Shown piece after piece: positions 56,889 through 64,000 of a stretch of 64,000 bases of DNA. A model generated the notes under the pieces. The model did no database searches. It worked only from the letters and a program-made list of their open reading frames with translations, and was not told where the DNA came from. How positions within the stretch are numbered: the stretch's first letter is position 1; every line of letters starts with the position of its first letter. Origin of the DNA: Vulcanimicrobiota bacterium (GTDB taxonomy: Bacteria; Vulcanimicrobiota; Vulcanimicrobiia; Vulcanimicrobiales; Vulcanimicrobiaceae); contig CAWGBN010000002.1 of assembly GCA_963820825.1 (NCBI GenBank), positions 224,001 to 288,000 of the forward strand. Direction: 5' to 3'. A program made the position numbers and the translations under genes.

Positions 56889-58137
56889 AGGTGGGCGTCA
56901 GTTTGCGGGCGAGCAGCGTCAGAACGCGGGGCCAAGCGTAGCGTTTCGCCGTTGCTGCGCCGCCGTCGCGGATCGCCGAAGCGAGTTTTCGGTTAGCGAT
57001 CAGTTCCGACAAATATATCGCAAGCTCGTGCGGATCGGCGGTGTCGCAGACGATCGCGTTGTCGAAGGGCTGCACGTAATCTTCGCCGGTCGAGCCGGTC
57101 ACGGCGATGCCGCCGGCGGCCATCACCTCGAGTCCGACGAGCCCAAAGGGTTCGCGTCCGCTGTTGGCCAGCACGCCGTCGGCGATGCAGTAGAGCGCGA
57201 GGAGCGCCTCCTCCGGTACGAAGCTGCGGACGTTGAGCACGTTGCCGGATGCCGATGCGATCGCGGCGATTGCATCGCGCGGATCGCGCGAGGCAAGCGC
57301 GAGATCCCGCACGTCCAACCCAAGATCGCGCGCGTGCGCAAAGATCGCGTCGCCGTAGGCTTCGCGACCACCTCGCACCACCAGCGCCGCATCCTGATGC
57401 TCGGCCGCAATCGCGGCAAAGGCCTCGATCGCCTGCATCCAGCGCTTCTCTTCTTCGAAACGCGCGACTTTGACGTAGAGCGGGCGGCGCTGCCGCCACA
57501 CCTTCTCCGCGAATCGCACCAGTTTCTTCGGCGCGCCGTCGAGCAGTCGCTGCGGAATGCCGTTCGGAATGACGAGCGATTCGACGCCGCGTAGTTGCAG
57601 CTCGAACTTCATATAGCGGCTGACCGTCGTGATCTGCGCGGCGCGCGCGAGCGCATCCCAGTCGATCGTATCGAAGCCGTAGGTGTTGTTCGCGTTCCAC
57701 GTCAGAACCGCGCGATCGCGCAGGCCGCGCTCGCGCAACCGCGCGTCGAGCGCGATCGCGGCCGGGGCGGTCTGCCAATCTTCGGCGATGACCAGCACCG
57801 CTTCGCCGCGCGCGGCTGCCGGCTCGACGATCGTCTCGACGACAAACGGCGGCACGCTAGCCGTAAAGTCATTCATCTTCGCGATCTCGCCATCGTAGAC
57901 GCTGCCGGGGTAGTAGGCCGAAATCCACTGGCACCAACGGCGATATTCGAGATTCGGCGAGAGCCGCTCGACCGGCGCGCTCGTCGGATCGCCGACGAAG
58001 AGCAGGGTCGTGCAAACGCCCGCTTGAGCGAGCGCGCCGCTGAGCTCGGTAACTCGGGTGCCGAGTCCACCGACCATCGAGTACCGGTCGGGTCCTTCGA
58101 ACGAGAGCAACACCGCATTGCGCGGCAATGGAGTCAT
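56878..58137 (-). CDS. Glycosyltransferase family 4 (GT-B)
   Basis: VGGLGTRV, EDWQT, VIPNGI, EPFGLVGLEVMAAG. Confidence 0.88.
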   Translation of the reverse strand: MTPLPRNAVLLSFEGPDRYSMVGGLGTRVTELSGALAQAGVCTTLLFVGDPTSAPVERLSPNLEYRRWCQWISAYYPGSVYDGEIAKMNDFTASVPPFVVETIVEPAAARGEAVLVIAEDWQTAPAAIALDARLRERGLRDRAVLTWNANNTYGFDTIDWDALARAAQITTVSRYMKFELQLRGVESLVIPNGIPQRLLDGAPKKLVRFAEKVWRQRRPLYVKVARFEEEKRWMQAIEAFAAIAAEHQDAALVVRGGREAYGDAIFAHARDLGLDVRDLALASRDPRDAIAAIASASGNVLNVRSFVPEEALLALYCIADGVLANSGREPFGLVGLEVMAAGGIAVTGSTGEDYVQPFDNAIVCDTADPHELAIYLSELIANRKLASAIRDGGAATAKRYAWPRVLTLLARKLTPTLSS

Positions 58138-58235
58138 CCGCCCGCTCTTTGCCGAATCGAACCGGTGAATCCCGCAGTTCGACGCGAGCGTGCGATTGGA
58201 GCGCAAAAGTACCGCCGATTAAGGGTAAGACTGCA

Positions 58236-58868
58236 ATGATGCACGTTCCAAAGGGCGCCATGGCCGGCGGCGCGTCGTTCGTATTCTTCGCGCTGGCATC
58301 GCCGGTCGCGGGCAGCACGGGATCTACGGCCGCCTCACCTCCCCAAGAGAGCGCTCCTCCCCCGGGCTACACCTTCCGGCTCGACGTCGCCATGGCGATG
58401 CGCCACTTTCCCTGGCTTCACTTCCACCTCGAAGGCGCCGGCGTCTACGATCCGGGCGAGAGCTACGTCGTGCACTTCACGTCGGTTCCGTGGTTTGCTC
58501 CGCGAAAGCAGCACGATGCCGACCTTTCGATGCTCGATCCGTGGATGTGGCCGAAGCATTATACGTTTCAAGAGGTCGGTGAAGCCAACGGCAACCGGCT
58601 CTTCGAACTGCACGCAATCAACGACCCGACGCTGCGCAGCGCAACTGTCGCGATCGGTCCTCGCGGGAAGGCGCGCCAAGTCGATGCGAGCTACACCGAC
58701 GGCACGCACATCGAAACCCGCGTAACCTCAAGCGACGTCGACGGCTTCTTTCTGCCCGCGACCATAAGCGCCGATATCGACGAGCCGCATATGGCGCTGT
58801 CGGCCAACGCAGACTTCACGAATTATGCGTTCGGTAACGCGCCGGCGCCCAATAGCCCATTACGGTGA
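58236..58868 (+). CDS. Hypothetical secreted protein
   Basis: Signal-like N-terminus, beta-rich body, stop overlaps the next gene. Confidence 0.65.
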   Translation: MMHVPKGAMAGGASFVFFALASPVAGSTGSTAASPPQESAPPPGYTFRLDVAMAMRHFPWLHFHLEGAGVYDPGESYVVHFTSVPWFAPRKQHDADLSMLDPWMWPKHYTFQEVGEANGNRLFELHAINDPTLRSATVAIGPRGKARQVDASYTDGTHIETRVTSSDVDGFFLPATISADIDEPHMALSANADFTNYAFGNAPAPNSPLR

Positions 58869-59236
58869 GCGAGCTCGCGCAGCGCGCCTGCGTCCCATGC
58901 CGTGGCGGCGTGCCGCCGCTGACCGATGAGCAGATCGCGCCGCTGCTCGCACAACTCGACTCAGGATGGCGCGTCGTCGAACGCAGCGATCCCAAACGCG
59001 GGCCGATCAAGATTCTCACCTGCACGTTTACGTTTCAGAACTTCGCGCGAGCGATGGAGGCGGCGCAGCGAATCGGCGAGACGGCCGAGGAGCAACAGCA
59101 TCATCCCGACCTGCACGTCGCTTGGGGACGGCTCGTCGTCGACGTATGGACGCATAAGATCGGCGGATTGACCGAGAGCGATTTTGTCTTCGCCGCCAAG
59201 TGCGACGCGCTGCTCAAAGAGCGGGCGCAAAACTAA
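58865..59236 (+). CDS. phhB: Pterin-4-alpha-carbinolamine dehydratase
   Basis: CVPCRGG, QHHPDL, WTHKIGGLTESDF. Confidence 0.92.
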   Translation: MSELAQRACVPCRGGVPPLTDEQIAPLLAQLDSGWRVVERSDPKRGPIKILTCTFTFQNFARAMEAAQRIGETAEEQQHHPDLHVAWGRLVVDVWTHKIGGLTESDFVFAAKCDALLKERAQN

Positions 59237-59396
59237 AAGAGGAGACCGGCTCGCACCGATCCCCTCCCCTCGCTACCACGGGCCTTGGCAAGTCCGTGAT
59301 GCGGCCTTAATAATACGACACAATTCCGCCGGGACTCTGCTCCCCGCGTGCCGGGGGCGCCGCGAAGCAAGCAACCAAGCTGGCATAGCAGGGAAT

Positions 59397-59410
59397 TTAG
59401 GACCACCTAA
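59397..59410. promoter_or_regulatory. DtxR/IdeR/SirR-like operator palindrome next to a -10 element
   Basis: TTAGG-ACCA-CCTAA followed by TATATT (59412-59417), 7 nt before the GTG start. Confidence 0.55.
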
Positions 59411-59424
59411 GTATATTGTGAGGC

Positions 59425-60540
59425 GTGCTTAAGTGGACGCCGCTTTGGCTTCTCCTCCTGCTCGCCGTGCAGCGGCCAGTCGCCGTGCCGGCGATTCCGC
59501 TCTTCGCGCACCAATACGGGGTAACGTGCGCGAAGTGCCACTCGGTCATTCCGCACCTCAACGAATTCGGCGCCGCTTTCTTGGCATACGGCGAGCGCTT
59601 TCCGGGGATATCGTCAGGTCCGGCATTCCCGCTCTCGGTGAAAGTCAACGCGGTCGACTCGAGCGAGTATCAAGGCGAGGGAACCGACGGCCAGGGGCTT
59701 CCCAAAGCGATCGTCGACGAAGTCGAAGCCTTCACCTCGGCGACGATCGGCTCGCGCGCCAACTTCTTCGTCGAGCAGTACGTCGTCGACGGCGGCGAGC
59801 CCGGGTTGCTGCGCGATGCCTGGATCAACGATCGCGTCAATCCCTGGAACGCGCGGATTCCGGCCTATTTGCAAGGCGGGCAGTTCACGCTGCCGCTCCC
59901 GGTCGATCCCGAGACGTTTCGCGACACCTATCAGGAGTACACGCCGTACGCGCAGACGGTCGGCGCGAATCCGTTCGACTTCTTCGACCCCGCGATGGGC
60001 GCGCGGCTCGGTGTCGGCGATCCGTTGCGCGGTCTGAGCGGGCAACTCTTCGCCGGACCTGGATATACGCGCCAGAGCGGACTTGCCGTCACGGGCGTCG
60101 ACACCGAAGTTTACGCACAAGATGCGATGGGCCCGTTCACGCTCAGTGCCCTTCGCTACGACGGCCTGCGTCCGGTGGCAGGCGGCCCGAACGATCGCTT
60201 CGAGCGCACCGCCATCGGCTTGACCTACGGCCAGTGGTCGCGCTTCTCGAGCGAGTTTGTGTTGATCAACGGCTGGGATGCAAACTGCGCGACTCCGGGA
60301 TTCACCGGCTGCAGGTCGAGCGGCGGCTTCGAGCAACTGCGCTACGCGTTCAACCGCCGGCTCTTCGCCGAAGCGCGTTACGAGGGGACGAACGATCCGA
60401 CGAATGGCTTTACGCGCGACGGCGTGATCCTGCTCGGCTACGGCCCGACCGAAAACACGCGTTTGACGATTGAAGATGTGATCGCGCATTCGCCCCAGAC
60501 GACCAACACGATGAATCTTCAGCTCACTTTCGCCTATTAG
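59425..60540 (+). CDS. Cyc2-like monoheme cytochrome c-porin fusion
   Basis: Signal peptide, IPLFAHQYGVTCAKCHSVIPHLNEFG, beta-barrel-like body ending in aromatic LQLTFAY. Confidence 0.75.
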   Translation: MLKWTPLWLLLLLAVQRPVAVPAIPLFAHQYGVTCAKCHSVIPHLNEFGAAFLAYGERFPGISSGPAFPLSVKVNAVDSSEYQGEGTDGQGLPKAIVDEVEAFTSATIGSRANFFVEQYVVDGGEPGLLRDAWINDRVNPWNARIPAYLQGGQFTLPLPVDPETFRDTYQEYTPYAQTVGANPFDFFDPAMGARLGVGDPLRGLSGQLFAGPGYTRQSGLAVTGVDTEVYAQDAMGPFTLSALRYDGLRPVAGGPNDRFERTAIGLTYGQWSRFSSEFVLINGWDANCATPGFTGCRSSGGFEQLRYAFNRRLFAEARYEGTNDPTNGFTRDGVILLGYGPTENTRLTIEDVIAHSPQTTNTMNLQLTFAY

Positions 60541-60542
60541 CG

Positions 60543-61085
60543 ATGAAGTCTACCGTCGCCGCGCTGCTCCTCGCTTCGACGCTCGCATCTGCGCCTGCGC
60601 AACCGCGTGCAATCGACGCCGCCCGCTCGCGCGCAGCGTTCAGCGTCTCCCACATTTGGGTCGAGCACGTGACCGGCAGCGTGCCGATTCTCTCCGGGAC
60701 GGTCACGCTCGCGGAGGACTCGATGATTCCGACCGCTGCCACGGCCGTGCTCGATGCGACGCAGATCGCGACCGGCGAGCCCGATCGCGACCGCTCGCTC
60801 GAGTCTGCGGACTTCTTCGACGTTGCGAAGTTTCCACGCTGGAGCTTCAGCAGCACGAAGGTCGTGGCGCGAAGCACCACCGCCTTCGAGATGGACGGCA
60901 ACCTTACCATCCACGGAGTCGCGCAGCCCGAAAAACTCGACGTAACGGCCAGCGGAACACCGGCACATCCGGTCTATCACGCGACCGCGCAGGTCGACCG
61001 TCACGCCTTCGGCATGGCGACGACGCGTCTCGATCCGACGATCGGCGGCACCGTCGACGTCACGCTCGACATCGTGCTGCAGTAA
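60543..61085 (+). CDS. YceI family periplasmic lipid/polyisoprenoid-binding protein
   Basis: IDAARSRAAFSVSH, RDRSLESADFFDVAKFP, GNLTIHGV, DRHAFG. Confidence 0.9.
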   Translation: MKSTVAALLLASTLASAPAQPRAIDAARSRAAFSVSHIWVEHVTGSVPILSGTVTLAEDSMIPTAATAVLDATQIATGEPDRDRSLESADFFDVAKFPRWSFSSTKVVARSTTAFEMDGNLTIHGVAQPEKLDVTASGTPAHPVYHATAQVDRHAFGMATTRLDPTIGGTVDVTLDIVLQ

Positions 61086-61117
61086 CCGATGAAAAATGCG
61101 TCGTACATCTTGCAGGT

Positions 61118-61504
61118 ATGAACCCACCGGCGACGATTACAACGAGCGCCTATTCCTATACCGAAACCCTCGCTCGCCTCTCGGCCGCGATCACCGGTGC
61201 GAGCAATACAGTCTTCGCCAGGATCGATCAATCCGCCGCGGCCAGCTCTGTCGGATTGAATCTGCGTCCGACGACGCTCATCATCTTCGGCAATCCGAAA
61301 AGCGGAACGCCGCTGATGGATACCTATCCGCTGGTCGCGCTCGACCTTCCGCTCAAAATTCTCATTTGGGAAGAGCCTGACGGCGTCAAAGTCGCCTACG
61401 TGCCGATCTCGACAGTCGCCGCGCGCTACGGCGTCACCGGCATGGAGGCGCGAATCTCCGCGATGGACGGCGCACTCGAATCACTGCTTCAGAGCGTCGT
61501 CTAA
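61118..61504 (+). CDS. DUF302 domain protein
   Basis: VFARIDQ, FGNPKSGTPLM, ALDLPLKILIWE. Confidence 0.85.
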   Translation: MNPPATITTSAYSYTETLARLSAAITGASNTVFARIDQSAAASSVGLNLRPTTLIIFGNPKSGTPLMDTYPLVALDLPLKILIWEEPDGVKVAYVPISTVAARYGVTGMEARISAMDGALESLLQSVV

Positions 61505-63582
61505 TTCTGCAGCGCCGCCGTCGCGCTCCGCACCGATTGCAGCATTCGATCGTAGGCCGACTTCAAAACGCTCTCGTCGCCGGCGGCGAAGACGATCTCC
61601 GGGAAGCTCGTGTAGACGCGGTCGATGGTGTGATAGTAGGAGTTCTCTAAAAGGCCGCCCGGGATGAAGAACGCGTCGCGTGAGGCCTGCTCGTGCGCCG
61701 CAATCGAGGCCATCGCGGCCGTATCCCCTTTGCCTTCGGCCTGCTGCATCGCAAGATCGGTTTGGTGCGCGACTTGCTGATACTGCGTCAACGCTTGCCG
61801 TAGCTCGCCAAGGGTGATCGCGCCGTTACTCTTCTGAAATGCCGCGGTCGCCAGCGGCGTTAGGTCGTCGAGCAGCTGCGAGGGAACCTCCTCGATTCGC
61901 AGCGGTTCGACCGTTGCATTCGCGGCTCGCATCGCTTGAATGCCGGTGAGCTGCGCCATCGCGACGGCTTGCCGCATCCCCGGATCATAGGTGCGCAGAC
62001 CGTCGATATTATCCTCGGCGGTGTGGTGCGCGCCGAAGTAGCCGTAGTAGCCGTTCGACGTGCTGAGAACACCGAGCATATAGGAGAAGTTCTGATGGTC
62101 GGAGCCGCCGGTGATTGGGTTGAGCAGCGGCTCGAGGCGCTGGTCGCGCGCGCCGAGCATGCCCATACCGTCGGCGGCCGGAACGACGTCGCAGATCTGC
62201 TTCACGAACGCATAGAGTCCGGGAGAGGCGCTCACCACGAACGGGTCGCCGGTCGTGAGCTGGTCGGTATTGATATACTGAAAGACGTTCTTACGCAGTT
62301 CGGGTCCGTACTGATAGATGTAGGCCGCCGAACCGAACAGCCCGAGCTCGTGTCCGTCCCACGACGCGAATTCGATCGTGCGTTTGGGCTTCCAGCCGCG
62401 CTGCGCGAGTGCGTGAAATGCATCGGCGTCTTGGAGCAGCACCGTCGTGCCGCTTCCGGGATCGATTGCGCCAAAGGTCATAGCGTCGCGGTGGCTGCCG
62501 ATCATCACGATCGAGTCGGGCTCTTCGCTGCCCTTCATGTCACCAAAGACCAGCCAGATCGTCTTGAGCTTCCGCTCGAACTTCGTATGCACGCGGGCGA
62601 TCACGTTCCCGCCGAAGTGCTGCACGAACTCGAACATCGGATGCCACGATTGCGGAACGACTCTACCGGTCATAGCTGCGAGCAGCGTACGCGCGGTGCT
62701 CTGCGTAAGGCTCAACTCCGGAATCGTCGCGTGGGGGATCTCGTTCCAGCTCTGGTGCGCCGCGCCGACGACGGGTGCGTGGCCTGCCATCGTTGGATCG
62801 CCCGGCGGAAAGGCCAGGAACCCGCGCGGGGACATTCCGCTCATCCGCTCGGCCATGTGCGTATTCTTGTAGTTGCCATCCGGCCACATCGCGCCGCCGC
62901 CGTAGCCGCTCGTCGCCGGCTCGAAATACTCCAAGATTCCGGCCACGCCGCGCTTGCGAAGTTCGTTGTACGGGATCCAGCTTCGGTTGGCGTTGCGGAT
63001 GCCGCCGCCGCCCGGTGCGCCGAGGCGCACGAGCGCGATCGCGCCTTTGAGGCTCACGTGATCCGCATCGATCTCTGCGAGGTCATCTTTGGTCGCCGCG
63101 TCGACGTAAACGACCGGACCGGTGACCGTGCCGTCGCCCGACTCTTCGAGAAACGGCGGCCCCGCCATCATCTCCCAGCGCGTATGGTGTCCCGGCACCC
63201 CTTCGAGCAGATCGAAGGCCTGACGATGGGGCGCGAGCAGCGTCAAACTCTGCTCGAGCGGCCCGGTGAACTCGACTTGGTACTCCTGGATTCGCGTGAC
63301 GAACCCGTCACGCGCCAATCGCTGCTTGACGTAGAGCGCGGTTGCATAATCGGCAGCCGAGCCGGCGCGGTGTGGAACGGATGAGAGGTGATGCTCGATC
63401 TCCATCGCGTTCGCGCCGCTCGGCGCGGAGAGCATCGTCTTCTCAGCTTGGAGTTCGGCCGAAACCGCCGGACCGGCGGCCCAGCCGATCAGCGCCGTGT
63501 CCGAAGAAACCGTCGACGGCGCCGCCGCGCCGAGTAAGACGAGCGCACAAATAATTGCAAGAAACGTTCGCATGGAGGCCAT
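61501..63582 (-). CDS. M28 peptidase, glutamate carboxypeptidase II / transferrin-receptor-like
   Basis: Signal peptide, PHRAGS, PA domain, GSHRDAMTFGAIDPGSGT, ASWDGHE, GSDH, HHT, helical dimerisation tail. Confidence 0.88.
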   Translation of the reverse strand: MASMRTFLAIICALVLLGAAAPSTVSSDTALIGWAAGPAVSAELQAEKTMLSAPSGANAMEIEHHLSSVPHRAGSAADYATALYVKQRLARDGFVTRIQEYQVEFTGPLEQSLTLLAPHRQAFDLLEGVPGHHTRWEMMAGPPFLEESGDGTVTGPVVYVDAATKDDLAEIDADHVSLKGAIALVRLGAPGGGGIRNANRSWIPYNELRKRGVAGILEYFEPATSGYGGGAMWPDGNYKNTHMAERMSGMSPRGFLAFPPGDPTMAGHAPVVGAAHQSWNEIPHATIPELSLTQSTARTLLAAMTGRVVPQSWHPMFEFVQHFGGNVIARVHTKFERKLKTIWLVFGDMKGSEEPDSIVMIGSHRDAMTFGAIDPGSGTTVLLQDADAFHALAQRGWKPKRTIEFASWDGHELGLFGSAAYIYQYGPELRKNVFQYINTDQLTTGDPFVVSASPGLYAFVKQICDVVPAADGMGMLGARDQRLEPLLNPITGGSDHQNFSYMLGVLSTSNGYYGYFGAHHTAEDNIDGLRTYDPGMRQAVAMAQLTGIQAMRAANATVEPLRIEEVPSQLLDDLTPLATAAFQKSNGAITLGELRQALTQYQQVAHQTDLAMQQAEGKGDTAAMASIAAHEQASRDAFFIPGGLLENSYYHTIDRVYTSFPEIVFAAGDESVLKSAYDRMLQSVRSATAALQN

Positions 63583-63678
63583 CGTTTGCGGACGACGGCG
63601 CGCGCACCTCGGAGGGTTCGAACGGTAACCGGGCCCCCGTGGCCTCCGTGCCGCGAGGGCCTGATTACCGTGGCGTCC

Positions 63679-64000
63679 CTACAATCGACTCAGGGAGGTC
63701 TCGATCAGGTCCAATAACCGTGGATCGTCGGTCTGCGTCTGTGCGTCGGTAAGGAAGAATCGTGCCGCCGCTTTCGCCGACGCGGCGTCGTTGTAGCGTC
63801 CGACGTTGTCGTACGCAATGCCGACCTCGGCCATCCACGTGCCCTCGAGCGTCAGATCGAGCGCGCGCTGGTGGCCTTTGTCGCTCTGCGCGTTGGTCGC
63901 ATAGTCATCGGCTACGGCGCGGCAGTTCGCGGCGATGCCCGACCAGTTCTGCGTCTGCATCGCTGACGTGCAGAGGGTCTTGTCTTGAGATTGATCGGCG
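63679..64000 (-). CDS. Hypothetical protein (5' end outside window)
   Basis: Frame remains open to the window edge, helical composition. Confidence 0.55.
   Translation of the reverse strand, partial: ADQSQDKTLCTSAMQTQNWSGIAANCRAVADDYATNAQSDKGHQRALDLTLEGTWMAEVGIAYDNVGRYNDAASAKAAARFFLTDAQTQTDDPRLLDLIETSLSRL

Noticed and set aside
1..64000. CRISPR array, cas genes, tRNA/rRNA, integrase or transposase
   Set aside because: No regularly spaced repeat-spacer array, RNA-gene signature or recombinase motif was recognised by eye.

Overview
High-GC diderm bacterial DNA. The gene style (Cys-rich TonB-receptor-like protein, NHL-like lipoproteins, ClpC, TPR-LuxR regulator with an adjacent Gly-rich peptide) suggests Ca. 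Eremiobacterota/Vulcanimicrobiota; this is an inference. Core content: hutH, a WYL regulator, clpC, prolyl oligopeptidase, a propionyl-/methylmalonyl-CoA cluster (pccB-fabI-biotin carboxylase-mutase-epimerase), a peptidoglycan-recycling cluster (ABC ATPase-nagZ-serine hydrolase-anmK-murQ-DUF4127), and a glycogen/sugar-phosphate cluster (GH63, debranching enzyme, glgB, glgX, malQ, GMPP-PMM fusion) interrupted by a fluoride riboswitch plus antiporter. Many genes at ~15-20 kb, ~23-30.5 kb and ~39.6-51 kb are broken by scattered 1-nt indels that look like long-read errors rather than real pseudogenes, so their ends are approximate. Most interesting: (i) a small secreted repeat-core peptide gene directly upstream of a TPR-like/LuxR-HTH regulator, next to an AT-richer pair of secreted-protein genes, which is a candidate peptide-signalling system; (ii) two Cyc2-like cytochrome-porin genes, one beside a triheme cytochrome and one behind a DtxR-type palindrome; (iii) an orphan ~200-nt structured RNA candidate with its own promoter and terminator; (iv) two palindromic repeat families, one with a copy inserted in frame in a gene. 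All calls come from reading the sequence; no database searches were run.
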